DNA of 64,000 nt from an uncultured Planctomycetota bacterium (GCA_963719315.1 CAVRBU010000001.1:608001-672000); one strand, 5' to 3'; numbered from the stretch's first letter, positions 45,001 to 55,923 are shown. Numbers and translations are program-made. The notes: generated by a model from the letters alone, not told the origin.

Positions 45001-45465
45001 TCAGGCCCGCTCGATCCGCAGCATCGGCGGACCTTCCCAGCGCGCTTTGCGGCAGGCCTCGCGAAACGGGATCCAGTCGTACTTCCAGTCGCCGGGGATG
45101 CGGGCGAAAAGACTGGCGTGGGTGGGCACGCCTTCTGGCCCGCGCAGGACTACGCCGCGGTTATAGACGATGCACAACTCCGCCACGGTACGACGGACAT
45201 TGGTCACGTTTTTGCTCTCGTCATAAAAGTAAAGGATTTCGCCGGGTAAGGGAAGTTGGGTCAATCCCTCGGGCGCGCATGGAGCCGGATCAGCCAGCAG
45301 GACAAAGACTTCGGCCCCGCTATACATGCCATGAATCGCGCTGGTTTCAATCGGCAAAAGATCCCAGACGAAGCGGCAGACCTCGGGCGCTTCGTCGTCC
45401 AACATCTCGGCGAGAACAGATTCGCCGGTTTCAACGAACGTCAGACGGATTTCTCGGCGGTCCAT
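45001..45465 (-). CDS. DUF3830 family (cyclophilin-like) protein
   Basis: DDEAPEVC..W..LP, HGMYSG.E, P.PGEILYF. Confidence 0.7.
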   Translation of the reverse strand: MDRREIRLTFVETGESVLAEMLDDEAPEVCRFVWDLLPIETSAIHGMYSGAEVFVLLADPAPCAPEGLTQLPLPGEILYFYDESKNVTNVRRTVAELCIVYNRGVVLRGPEGVPTHASLFARIPGDWKYDWIPFREACRKARWEGPPMLRIERA

Positions 45466-45520
45466 TTGGAAAAGCTGAGTGGCTGAGAAAGTGAGCAGGG
45501 GATTGGAGATAAGTATCAAT

Positions 45521-45597
45521 TAGCAGCGAACTGGAGGCAAGGAGGGGAGAGTTGGAATACCTACCTCCTGCTCCTAGCTGCTTGCTCCTCGCTACCA
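45521..45597. repeat. Heptamer-based inverted repeat
   Basis: TAGCAGCGAACTGGAGGCAAGGAG ... CTCCTGCTCCTAGCTGCTTGCTCCTCGCTA. Confidence 0.55.
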
Positions 45598-46900
45598 CTA
45601 TTCGTTTAGTCGCTTCACTAGCCGGTGGACGGCATCGGATATCCGATCTTCCAAATCTTCCGTGAACGGGGTGGGGATCCAGCTCCAGAGGTTTGCCCGG
45701 CCGCCTTCGTAGCCGCCTTCGGCCTGTACGCGTCGGGTCGGAACGTAACCAAACATGTCGTTGCAATACCCGGCGACCCAGATCAGCGGCGAAGTGCCGC
45801 GGAACTCAAGAGTTGAAAGCTCTCGCTTGAATTTTAGCGCCCAATCCACCACCGGTTCGCCACTGAGCGCGACGATTACCAATACGTTTCCAAATCGCAC
45901 GGTTTGAACCGGCACAGGATACGTTGTGATTAGCTCCTCGCCGCGATCGAGTTGATCGAGAAGAAATCTCGCCTTCACGCGCTGCGGAGAATCATCGCTC
46001 CTGAGCATGTTTCTAAGCAAATCTGGCGTTAGCGGCTGCAACGCAAGCGGGACATCCTCCCATTCGGCGCGAATCGCACCGGTAATCTCGATCCCCGGCC
46101 CATTGAGCGAGCGCTGCACGGCATTAGCGATATCCCGACCGTATTGCCGTGAGAGATCAACCGAACCGCTCGGTTCGGGATCTTGATCGCCGCCGGCGCC
46201 GGGGATGAATAACGTGGTCGCCGCGGGGTTGGCCTGCTGAAGTTGTTCTTTGGCAAAGCCGGCCCAATCGCCGCAGTATCGCAGATCGCTGGGAGGAATC
46301 GTCGTGTTGTGGCAGGCGTAGCCGAAAACGATCGCTTTGCGTATGCCGGCGGCATCCACACATTCGAGAACGGGCACGTCATGATCGACCACGTCCTCGA
46401 CTGAGGTCGTACCGCCGACAACGCCATGCCTGCGACGGTTGCGCGAATCCCGTGGTAGTATTACGTGCGAACAACCGCACTGGCTCAAGCCGCGCGAGTG
46501 CTTGGTCGATCACTTGCGAAAGCGCCGCAATGATTCTATTTGCGGCCGGGAGAATCTTTGCCCCATATTCGGACGGAATGTTGAAGAACTCTTGCTTGTC
46601 GGGGCGGATTTCCGGGCCATAGTGCGTATGCGTCGGGGCGAGAAGAAGCTGCCGGCGGGAAAGGCCATGCCTGGCGCGCAAGTCGTCGGCAACGGGATCG
46701 GCGATCGTGGGAGTAATCGCGATGATGTCCACCGACGTCATCACAAAGCGCTGCCCTGAGTTATCTTCCAAAGCCAGCGCACTGGCGAAGAGATCGGATA
46801 TTCTGCCACATGCCGGCGCGGTGCGGACTGCGTACCCGGCGAGCCACAGCGGCTCATCAGGCGTAATGCAGACGGTCGCACTGCCGGCTTTGTAGTTCAA
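45598..46900 (-). CDS. Neutral ceramidase N-terminal-domain-like hydrolase, one frameshift near 46440
   Basis: ITP...LAGY..R, THTHYGP, then NRR, YACHNT, G.GGDQ, GEP, GYCN...YVP, EGGYE (ORFs 46379..46900 and 45598..46488). Confidence 0.75.
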
Positions 46901-46918
46901 TTGTCCGCTGCCCCCTGC

Positions 46919-47671
46919 TTAAAACGCACTCCATCCGCCGTCAACCGGCAGCGTGATACCGGTGATATACGAAGATTCATCTGCCGCCAGGAAAACGGCG
47001 GCCCAGGCGACCTCCAGTGGTTCGCCGGTGCGAGAGAGCATGGTCTTCGCGACCTGCCGTTGGTGCATCTCGCTCCCCGCCGGAGGCGAGATGCGCGTGC
47101 GGATCGCGCCTGGACAGATCGCATTCACACGGATGTTTTGCGGGCCGAAGTCGAGGGCCGTGCTGCGCGTCAGGCCGATTAGCGCGTGTTTCATGCTGGT
47201 GTAGACGGCAGAGGACCGTGCGCCCCGCAGCCCCTGGATCGAAGCGATATTGATGATCGAGCCACTGTTGTGCGGAATCATCCACGGCAACACGGCCCGA
47301 GTAAAATGGACGGCTCCCATTAGCGTTGCCGAGTAGCCGCGCTGCCACTGCTCAGGCGTCGCTGCGAGTGTGTCCTGCCAGTCGCCAAGATGAGCCGCAT
47401 TGTTGCAGAGAATGTCGATTCGCTCCGCATTTGCGGCGGCAATTTTCACCGCCTGCTCGACCTCGTCCGGCGAAGAAACATCTGTATGAGCAAACTGGGC
47501 CTGACCGCCCGTCGCGAGGATTCCGGAAACGACCGCTTCACCAGCTTCGCGATCGAGGTCGGCGACTAGTACCCACGCACCCTGTTCGGCAAAGAGTTTC
47601 GCAATTGCTTGGCCGATGCCGTGAGCGGCGCCGGTAACGATTGCCACCTTGTTCTCAAGTCGCGACATCAT
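46919..47671 (-). CDS. Short-chain dehydrogenase/reductase
   Basis: TGAAHGIG, NNAA, YTSMK, RVNAICPG, VDGG. Confidence 0.92.
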   Translation of the reverse strand: MMSRLENKVAIVTGAAHGIGQAIAKLFAEQGAWVLVADLDREAGEAVVSGILATGGQAQFAHTDVSSPDEVEQAVKIAAANAERIDILCNNAAHLGDWQDTLAATPEQWQRGYSATLMGAVHFTRAVLPWMIPHNSGSIINIASIQGLRGARSSAVYTSMKHALIGLTRSTALDFGPQNIRVNAICPGAIRTRISPPAGSEMHQRQVAKTMLSRTGEPLEVAWAAVFLAADESSYITGITLPVDGGWSAF

Positions 47672-48531
47672 GTTCCTAGCCTGTTGACCAGTGGCTGGCC
47701 ACGAGTTCCAAGTTTAGCGCAAGTGATTGTATGTCGCCCGAGGTTGGCGACATAGATTTCATCGAAGTCTTTCCCGCCGAAAGCCAGGTTCGTCGGGTTG
47801 CCGAGTAGAATGCCCCAGCGGTCGTAGGCCAAGAGCGTCTTTTCCTTCTCGGAGTTGACAAGCCAAATCTCATCGGAAGCGTAGCAGCACACATATAAAT
47901 TGCCCTTAATGTCGAGTGCCAGCCCGTCGGGAAAGCGCCCCACGTGGTTGGCGTACACTTCGGCATTCTTTAGCCGATCATCGCAACCAATTTCAAAACG
48001 AAAGACGGAATCGCTATCGCTTTCGACCATGAACAGGTGGCGCTCGTCGGCGCTTAAGGCCAGGCCATTGGCGTATCCGAATGGACCGGAGATCACCTCG
48101 CCGCGGCCGTCGGGATCGAATCGCAAGACAAATCCATTGTATTTCATCCAATTACCGCTGTCGGTAACGTACAGCCGTCCGCGTCGGTCAAACAGCAGGT
48201 AGTTCGCCGCGACGATTCTGTGATCGGCAGCATGCGTGGCGAATACGCGATGCTCGCCGTTCCTGGAAACGCGCACGATGCCCACGCCCGCGACGCAGAC
48301 GTACAGTGCGCTATCATCGGGCGAAAAGGCCAAGCCACAGCAAAATCCACCTAGTTCTGCAATCGTTTCCGCCTTGCCCGCGGAGTCAACTCGATAAATC
48401 TGTCCTGCTTCCCCGCCGGCCCAGAGATTGCCATCCCGATCGAACGCGCAGCACTCCGGGTGATCCAGTCCGGCGACGAAGACTTCGAAACGATCAATCG
48501 GGATTTCCGAATTCATAAACTGCTTTTTCAA
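47668..48531 (-). CDS. SMP-30/gluconolactonase family protein
   Basis: HPE, ANGLALS, PDGLALD..GN, PTNLAFGG. Confidence 0.88.
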   Translation of the reverse strand: MKKQFMNSEIPIDRFEVFVAGLDHPECCAFDRDGNLWAGGEAGQIYRVDSAGKAETIAELGGFCCGLAFSPDDSALYVCVAGVGIVRVSRNGEHRVFATHAADHRIVAANYLLFDRRGRLYVTDSGNWMKYNGFVLRFDPDGRGEVISGPFGYANGLALSADERHLFMVESDSDSVFRFEIGCDDRLKNAEVYANHVGRFPDGLALDIKGNLYVCCYASDEIWLVNSEKEKTLLAYDRWGILLGNPTNLAFGGKDFDEIYVANLGRHTITCAKLGTRGQPLVNRLGT

Positions 48532-50144
48532 AAACCGGTGACAGCGCCGGTGCCTTCGCCAGAGGCGACATCGATTTGCTCTGTTTGCGGATCGACCGCG
48601 AGCATGTTGACAGGTCCGCCGAGATCATCATCTCGGTGGATGATGTGGCCCTGCTTTTCCAGTTCGGAGACAATGCTGGTCGGCGTATGCGATGAAACCA
48701 GCAGCGGCTCGTCGCCTGTCGTGTGCAGGCGCGGGGCGACGATGGCAGCGACGGGCGCGGCGCCGAATGCAATCGCGTCGAGCGCGAGCTGGGCCGTGAC
48801 GCTAACGATCTTTGGCCCGCCGGGCAAACCGAAGGCGAAAGCGGGCCGGCCGCTCTGGAGCACGATCATCGGGGACATGTTGTGCTGCATGCGCTTGCCC
48901 GCTTCCGGCGCGTTGGGATGGCCGGGAATATAATCAAATCGCGACATTCCATGATTGAGAACCAGGCCCATGCCGTCCACCACCAAATGCGAGCCGTACA
49001 TCCACCCCTGGGTCGCCGTAAGTGAGATCAAGTTACCCACGGCGTCGATGGCAATCACGTTACAGGTGTGCGAGTCAGCGTTGCTGGGATCAGGGAGCAC
49101 GGAGCGAGATGAGAGATTCTTTACTGTCTGCTTCTCGCTACCTGCTCTCTGCATGTTAATTTTCTCCGCGCGCGTCCGGGCAGCCTCTTCGGAGATGAAA
49201 TCTTCCACCGAAAAGTTGACGAAATCTGGATCACCAAGACATTCGTACCTTTCATTCCAGCAGATTTTTGTGGCTTCGGCGAGTAGATGAAAATACTGCC
49301 CACCCCACGGCTCAATACAATCGGCTCCCTGTTCCCCGCCCCCCCTGCCAAGAAACCACTCGACCGTCTGCAAGATTCCCAAGGAGGTAATGCCGCCTGA
49401 GGGCGGCGGTGGCGTGTAGAGATCGAACCCACGGCAGGAAATATGGACCGGATCAACAATCCTCGGGCAGTATGAGCGAAAATCTTCCTCAGTGAGAATT
49501 CCACCGCGATCGTGGAGGAAGCGAACGATGGATTTCGCAATCTCCCCATCATAAAACACCCCGGGCCCCTCATTTTCCAACTGGCGTAGAAGCCGAGCCT
49601 GCTCCGGCTGTCTCCAGCAAGATCCGATTTCCGGCAGCGTGCCGGCGGGAAAAAGGTTCGCCAGCGACTGCCGGTCGAACTGCGGCGCACAGCGATCCAG
49701 ATACCGCCGATGTTCCGAGTCGACTTCGAATCCTTCCTCAGCCAACCGAATCGCGGGCTGCAGCGTCTCGCGCCACGATTTCGTACCATACTCGCGCAGA
49801 ATCAGATCGAGCCCGGCAATGACGCTGGGGGCGGTAACTGATCGTGGTCCATATTGGCACGACTGAAGATCGGCGGTAACAAGCCCCTCACGAAAGCCGA
49901 GCGGCGCCCACGAATCAAAATCGATGGCGACAATTCGGCGCAGCCGAGCGAGGTAAATGACTGCGCTGCCGCCATATCCTCCCAGCCCGACCGCGCCCGG
50001 AACGACGACGCAGAGGGCAATCATTGCCGCGACAGCGGCATCGACGGCATTACCGCCATCTCGCAGCATCTCGATTCCCGCCAATGCGCCGTGAGGATGG
50101 TGGGTAGCAACCGCTGCCTTGTTTGCTAGGGCCTGTCTCGGCAT
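48528..50144 (-). CDS. Gamma-glutamyltransferase family Ntn-hydrolase (no signal peptide seen)
   Basis: GGNAVDAAVA, GLGGYGG, PPPPSGG, SHTCNV, GLPGG. Confidence 0.88.
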   Translation of the reverse strand: MPRQALANKAAVATHHPHGALAGIEMLRDGGNAVDAAVAAMIALCVVVPGAVGLGGYGGSAVIYLARLRRIVAIDFDSWAPLGFREGLVTADLQSCQYGPRSVTAPSVIAGLDLILREYGTKSWRETLQPAIRLAEEGFEVDSEHRRYLDRCAPQFDRQSLANLFPAGTLPEIGSCWRQPEQARLLRQLENEGPGVFYDGEIAKSIVRFLHDRGGILTEEDFRSYCPRIVDPVHISCRGFDLYTPPPPSGGITSLGILQTVEWFLGRGGGEQGADCIEPWGGQYFHLLAEATKICWNERYECLGDPDFVNFSVEDFISEEAARTRAEKINMQRAGSEKQTVKNLSSRSVLPDPSNADSHTCNVIAIDAVGNLISLTATQGWMYGSHLVVDGMGLVLNHGMSRFDYIPGHPNAPEAGKRMQHNMSPMIVLQSGRPAFAFGLPGGPKIVSVTAQLALDAIAFGAAPVAAIVAPRLHTTGDEPLLVSSHTPTSIVSELEKQGHIIHRDDDLGGPVNMLAVDPQTEQIDVASGEGTGAVTGF

Positions 50145-50267
50145 TGCAATTGTAAAGACTAATGTTTAGGCGTGGTCAATTCAAACCAAGACTAAACGAT
50201 GCGTATCCGGCCTGCAATCTTTATTGAAATCCGCAAAATGCTTTGAAAACGACCTTTCCAAGCGGAG

Positions 50268-50921
50268 ATGCTCTCCACAACCCAACGTTGCGGCAAGTTC
50301 TGGACGCTCGACCAAGCGGGCAAATGGTACAAGGGTAAAGCGGCCGACGGCGCCGGCGAAGAGAACAAGCTGTATTACAAAGCGGCCCCGGGGCAAGACT
50401 CCAACACCCTCGAAATCGAGTTCAAGAATCGAGCTTTCGGTTTTGCGGCCGATGCGCGGGACTACATCCGCATCGAGGGAATGACCTTTCGCGGCGTGAG
50501 CATCGATACCGACGGCAGTACGGACTTCAACGTCTACGCGGGAAATAACTTCTACGGCTTCAATCGCGCGGGGTACGGCCGGTTCTATCTAAACGGCACA
50601 AACAACGTTATTCGAGACAGTGAGATTTACAACACGTTCAATGACGCCATTACTGTCAGCGGCACACGCAACAGCACCGTCAACAACTATATTCATCATG
50701 TAGGGCTCGAGAGCGCCACCGCGCGGGTGCTGCCGTCCAGCGGTGCGCTGCAACTTTTGGTTAGCAACAACACTGTGGACACCTTCGCACGGAGCTTCGT
50801 TGACGGGCTCCCCTCGCAAGCAGAGTTTCAATACAACGTTTTCTCCAACGGCGGTTTGACCTCGTGGGACACGGGCGTCTTCGATGGCTTCGACAGCGGC
50901 GCCACGATTCCTTCTGGGTAA
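50268..50921 (+). pseudogene. Internal fragment of a right-handed beta-helix secreted protein
   Basis: LDQAGKWY motif followed by Asn-rich parallel beta-helix repeats. No signal peptide, abrupt ends. Confidence 0.55.
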
Positions 50922-51117
50922 TAGACCGCGTTTGAAGCCGGTTCGAAGAAAGGTTGATTAGATGACGCAGCCGGTAGCGGTATTAGGCCAGCTCAATCTC
51001 AAAAGCTCCGCGCCGACGTTTTCCGGCACCAATTCCTCGTACCGAAAAATGTGTATCTAAATCGGTGGTTTGTTGACGAGTGTCACGCGTTGATGAGTAT
51101 TTGGGAGGAAACTTTGT

Positions 51118-51468
51118 CTATGACGCCGAAAATGAGCGGTCGTCCAAGCATGGCAATTGCTCCTTCGGCGGCACGATGAACGTGTGTCGGATCGTGTCCT
51201 GTTGAAAGCCCATCACGTCGGGAAAGCGCATGCCGCCCAGCAGTTGGACGTCGAAGATTTCCTCGACGGCTGTCTGAAACTCCAGCATTGCGCAGACGCG
51301 ACCGGCAACTAGATCGACCACCGCCACGCCGCACTTCAGTTCATCCCGTCGCTCCGCCAGTGGCACGCCGTCCATCGTTGAGGACGCGCGAATCTTCGAC
51401 AGCCCGATGAACGCGTACTGCCCGCCAAGTGCCAGACCGCGGGCAAAGCCAGGTACCTCGGTGACTGA
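51118..51468 (-). pseudogene. C-terminal fragment of a TIGR03032 (DUF4915) protein
   Basis: VPGFARGL, AFIGLSKIR, CGVAVVDL, VEEIFDVQLL. The N-terminal part is missing. Confidence 0.75.
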
Positions 51469-52230
51469 CTTTCGACGCCGCCGAGCGGCTACTGCTACAG
51501 CTTCAGCCAATGGAAAATTGGTAGCCTCGTCTACGAGTCCAACACCCGGCAGTACGATCTCCCTTGGACATTCGGCAATTGCATCTCAGTCGAACTAACC
51601 TCGGTCGCTTACTGCTGCGACTACCCGGATCACTGCGGCGGTTGTTCGGACACCACCACCTACCAGATCAGCCCGCAATTCTGTTGCTGCTACGGGGGCC
51701 ACTGCGTCGATGGCACGCCGGTTATCAACTGGCCACCCGAAGTGTCGGTCACGATCGACGAGTTTTATTCAACTGCGTCCGAGCAGTTTTGCCACTGCAC
51801 CAAGGAAGAGGACGAGTGGATGTCGTCGCGGCTGCCAGGCAGCTTCATTTTGCCGTTCGCAGGTGAGGCATTTGGAGTTGCACAATACGAGCTCACAATC
51901 GACGAAGGCCCGGTCGATCCCGAGTGCTGCTCACGTTTAATCGGCGGCGAAACACAAACGGGCCGCCGCTATGTGCACGGCATCGCATCGATTTCGTGCG
52001 AAGGCATTCTCTACGCCGGCGTGTCTTGCCTTGTCGGCCCACCGCTGGCACTCGAAAACGGGTTCTGGGCGTGCCACAACCACGGCCTGGGCGCGTATAT
52101 CTACAGCAACTCTTGGCACCCACCGGGCTGCCACGGCACCTACGACAACCCGGATGCCTACACCCACTGGGACAGCGGCGCGTTCTGCAACCACGTCGGC
52201 TACATCAAAGGAATTCACGTCAGTTGGTAG
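51469..52230 (+). pseudogene. 5'-truncated Cys-rich protein, possibly of phage origin
   Basis: The frame is open from 51469 (after TGA at 51466) with no start codon until GTG 51742. Many CC/CxC motifs. Confidence 0.5.
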
Positions 52231-52547
52231 ACCTTTGCGAATTCTCTGATGGTTCAAAGGGCACGCGCTGCACGAAGTGCGGGTACGAACTGCGCCTCGA
52301 ATATCGCTTTCCGCCCGTGCGCCCCTGCCGCGGTGTACTTTCCGTTCCCGCCGCAACCAATACGCCTGCCGCATCCGATCTTGGCCTTGGCGATTTCACA
52401 GAATCCCTCTTGCGCTCAATCGGCGTCACAAAGGAACGCTACCTCGCCGCTAAGGAGCTGTTCGGCTTCGCCCCAACGTGCAACTGCGATGCGCGCAAAG
52501 AATGGTTGAACAAAGTGAGCAATTGGTGGATCGGGGGCGAGGGCTGA
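52224..52547 (+). CDS. Small Cys-containing phage-like protein
   Basis: TTG start overlapping the upstream stop; CxxCG, GLGDxxxxxLxxIG and CNCxxRxxWLN motifs. Confidence 0.55.
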   Translation: MVDLCEFSDGSKGTRCTKCGYELRLEYRFPPVRPCRGVLSVPAATNTPAASDLGLGDFTESLLRSIGVTKERYLAAKELFGFAPTCNCDARKEWLNKVSNWWIGGEG

Positions 52548-52879
52548 TGAGTATTCCGTACTGGAGAATGCCAGTTGTAGAGTTGCTGAAGTTCGTCGAC
52601 TGCAAGCGTAGGTCCATTCAAGCTCGCCCGACTTGAAACCGCCAACCAAGAAGCCTCCTCCGGCGTTTGCAAAACCGCTAAAGATGGGGCCAAGAAGCTG
52701 TTAGATAGTTGCCGCCCTTGCTAAACTTATGCCTGTCATTTCGTACTACTCTTGGCATTGGGGGCGAGTCCAATGGGCCGGGGAATATGAAGCCTCATAT
52801 TCGGACGTGGGCGACAGTGGCCTTAGATAGATGTAGTTAATCAGCTGCAGGCCGATCTCGGCTCATTTGCGGACTTAGT

Positions 52880-54106
52880 ATGTGGCCTATGGGATCACTC
52901 TTCGGATGGACACTCTTGTCACGGGACGCGCTACGACGTGCGGAAACGCAACTGCGCGATGATGTTGACGGCGTGCGAGATGAAATAGGATTTCTCGCGC
53001 TTCACCAGGCTTACGCCGACCGCTTCTTTCCCGGTACTTCGGTCCTGCACATCCGCTTGCGTTACGTTCTGTTTGTGCCGTGGATGTACGAGCGCGTCGC
53101 GAGTCTGCCGGAAGCAAGGCGAATCTCTGCTTCCATTGAGAAACAGGAATTGGAGCTCACTCGTCGACTGAAAGAAGCTGGGGAAACGGGAGTCATCGGA
53201 ATCCGGAATTTTCCTAAACCCACGGCTCAACCTCCGAGCATGGTCTACTGGTCCGCACTGGGAGCGTGGCGAATTCTGCGACCCAACCCAAGTAGCACGT
53301 TTCCTTCTCGCCAGACGGTTAATCGTACCATAGCTCGCAAGACAACGCGTCAACAATTGCACGACGACGATAGACAGCTGTTGATCGAAGACGAGCCAAT
53401 CTTCTGCTCTATTCCTGAGCCTCCCGCTGCCTGGCTTGATGCGTCGCAACGCCTCGATTTTCGGCTCGTACCATCCGAACAACGGTTTCTGCGGAGCTGT
53501 TTAATTTCGGTTACTCGTCCCGATAGCGAAGGATTACCGTCGCTACTGTCCCGTATCGTTGAACAGCGAGTCGAGATGACAGACCGCCTTGAGCTCTGGT
53601 CGCCAAAGGTGCGAGGGGCGGCGGACTCGGCGGATCAAGCAGCCTTGATTCGTGCCCGTCAAGCCGCATCGCTTTCTGCCATCGGGCGCGGAATCTATGC
53701 TGCAATGGTCGAAGAAATGAGAGAAGAATACGACAAGATTCCGACGCAAGACATCCATCGCACGACACTGGACACCATAATCGACCAGCATATAGCGAAC
53801 GCACTGGCGTTGAATGTGGACGACATCGCCGCGGACGCACCGCAAATTCCCGGTGGCATTTTGGAAGTTTTGAGATCCACCCAGATTTGGCTCCGCGGTA
53901 CAAGTCGCATCGTCATGTCACTGTATGACACCTATGCATCTGCGGAGGCGGCACGTAAAGATCGACGTGCGAGGTTATCGAAGACACTGTTGGGCAAAGA
54001 GAGACGCGCGGAATGGGCGCCAGACGAACATCCAAAGGGCGTACCACTACACTATCCTTGGAAGCACGTGCGACAGTTACTCATTGATTTGCAGGAGGCA
54101 TCATGA
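52880..54106 (+). CDS. DUF6361-like protein, first gene of a putative defense operon
   Basis: FGWTLLS...GVRDEIGF...ADRFFPGTS...RLRYVLFVPW, GVIG, PS.VYWSAL..W.I. Confidence 0.7.
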   Translation: MWPMGSLFGWTLLSRDALRRAETQLRDDVDGVRDEIGFLALHQAYADRFFPGTSVLHIRLRYVLFVPWMYERVASLPEARRISASIEKQELELTRRLKEAGETGVIGIRNFPKPTAQPPSMVYWSALGAWRILRPNPSSTFPSRQTVNRTIARKTTRQQLHDDDRQLLIEDEPIFCSIPEPPAAWLDASQRLDFRLVPSEQRFLRSCLISVTRPDSEGLPSLLSRIVEQRVEMTDRLELWSPKVRGAADSADQAALIRARQAASLSAIGRGIYAAMVEEMREEYDKIPTQDIHRTTLDTIIDQHIANALALNVDDIAADAPQIPGGILEVLRSTQIWLRGTSRIVMSLYDTYASAEAARKDRRARLSKTLLGKERRAEWAPDEHPKGVPLHYPWKHVRQLLIDLQEAS

Positions 54107-55923
54107 GTGCGCGTCATTGGTCCAACGTTTCATACCTGGATGCTATTCGTCCTGAACCTCGTTGGCGAACGGAGTTCGCACTACTTGCAAGTTATTCAGC
54201 TGACCTCATTGCTCTGGTTGCGGCGCTGTTGGCGCTCGCTGGGCTGGATGATGACCGTGGCTCAGGCAGCAAGGTCGATTTTGCGAATGCCGTCGATCAA
54301 TTAGCGGATCGTGTGCGTTTGGTGGCCCAAGCGGGGAGGCTCCTAGCACCAAAAAAGACACCTAAAATCTCAGTGATCCTTGATCGCTATTTCCGCGAAG
54401 TGAAACTCGACGAAAATGTTGCGTCGTGGCACCCCAAGGCGGCCCTAGTGAAACAACTCGCAGACGACGGTGACGACTCTCAGTGGCGGCTGTGGATTGG
54501 TAGTCGAAACCTTACGCGAGACCTCTCCTGGGACATCGGCTTGTCGCTGGTCGGCCGTATTGGCGGCACCGGGACTGAGATTGACGGTGTTCCCGACTTG
54601 GGCCACGCACTTGCAGGTCATGCGCGCCTTCCTGGAATAACTCCCGGTGCCGTGAAAGCAGAGTTGCGCCGGGTTCGGTGGGATGCACCAACAGGTTGTA
54701 CGATCCGAAGCCTGGAACTTCTAAATTCGGATTCGCCGCGAGGATTGCCTCCGGAACCACCAAAAACTCAAAAGCTGATCGTGATTAGTCCGTTTGTTGA
54801 TGGAACCGTGATTGGCCAATTGGGCAAGTGGGGTGACATTGAGACTCAGCGGACTTTGTTGTCTACGCGTCCAGCGTTAGCGAAACTGGCCAACCAGGCA
54901 AGCAAACCATTAAGTGGCTTTCAAAACCTGCTTTTCCTCGATGCTCCGGTTCCTGACGAGCATTCCGCGGCTGACATTTCCGATCAGGAAAATGCCATAT
55001 CGCAGGATGAGGAACCTGAGCCACGTGCACTGCACGCGAAATTGATCTATGCCGAGGGAACTACCCAGCGATTGATTTGGACTGGCAGTGCAAATGTGAC
55101 ACAGAGGGGATGGACTGGCTCAAATTCGGAGATAATGGCAGCGATTGACGTTACGCACGACGTTTCCGCGGGGTTAGAGGACTTCGTCAAGTCGGCGAAC
55201 ACTATTCGTTTGGACGAACTTGGTGAGCCACTCAAACTCGACCCGATCGATGAACGACTCGAGAAGGTGAGAAAGCATGTTGCCAGCTCCTGGGACGTCA
55301 CGCAGCGATGCAATAGCGACGGGCAAGTATTAATTGGCACCAATGATCCAAACCCACTCGATCCGGAAGTTCTGCTACACGTCGGGTTGTTGGGAGCTAC
55401 ACAAACTCTTTGGCCGAAAGGAGCGACCGAGGTGCAGCTCCCGCCATGCGCGGCGGGCGACGTCACGGAGCTTGTCCACTGTCGGTTGACGTTGGGTGAA
55501 TCCTCACTTTCCTGGTTGCAACGCACTCCGATTGATCCACCACCGGGCGACGAACGTGACCGTCGGGCAATCGCCCGTTATCTCGATCCCCGCACGTTCC
55601 TACTTTGGATCAGGTCCTTGCTGACGGGTGATCCAACTAGAGACGGAGGTGGAGATTGGGACGATGAGACTAACCAGAAGCGGCGACGCAATCCGCCTTT
55701 GACGGCGCCCACTTGGTGGGCACCTACGATTGAAGAAGTTCTCAAGTCGTGGAGCCGCGATCCCGAAAGTCTGGTTTTTATCGACAAGAAAGTGCGACAT
55801 TACCTGAAGCTTTATCAGGAACAGTCAGATATCGAACGAACGGCAGAAGAACGAAGTGTCGTTGAAGAGTTTCAGAAGACGTGGCAAGTCTTAAGACAGG
55901 AACTGGTTCTGGAGGCGACATGA
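54103..55923 (+). CDS. Phospholipase D-superfamily (HKD-like) putative nuclease
   Basis: Two HxK...GSxN motifs: WHPK...IGSRNLT and LHAK...TGSANVT. ATGA overlap and GGAGG RBS. Confidence 0.78.
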   Translation: MSARHWSNVSYLDAIRPEPRWRTEFALLASYSADLIALVAALLALAGLDDDRGSGSKVDFANAVDQLADRVRLVAQAGRLLAPKKTPKISVILDRYFREVKLDENVASWHPKAALVKQLADDGDDSQWRLWIGSRNLTRDLSWDIGLSLVGRIGGTGTEIDGVPDLGHALAGHARLPGITPGAVKAELRRVRWDAPTGCTIRSLELLNSDSPRGLPPEPPKTQKLIVISPFVDGTVIGQLGKWGDIETQRTLLSTRPALAKLANQASKPLSGFQNLLFLDAPVPDEHSAADISDQENAISQDEEPEPRALHAKLIYAEGTTQRLIWTGSANVTQRGWTGSNSEIMAAIDVTHDVSAGLEDFVKSANTIRLDELGEPLKLDPIDERLEKVRKHVASSWDVTQRCNSDGQVLIGTNDPNPLDPEVLLHVGLLGATQTLWPKGATEVQLPPCAAGDVTELVHCRLTLGESSLSWLQRTPIDPPPGDERDRRAIARYLDPRTFLLWIRSLLTGDPTRDGGGDWDDETNQKRRRNPPLTAPTWWAPTIEEVLKSWSRDPESLVFIDKKVRHYLKLYQEQSDIERTAEERSVVEEFQKTWQVLRQELVLEAT

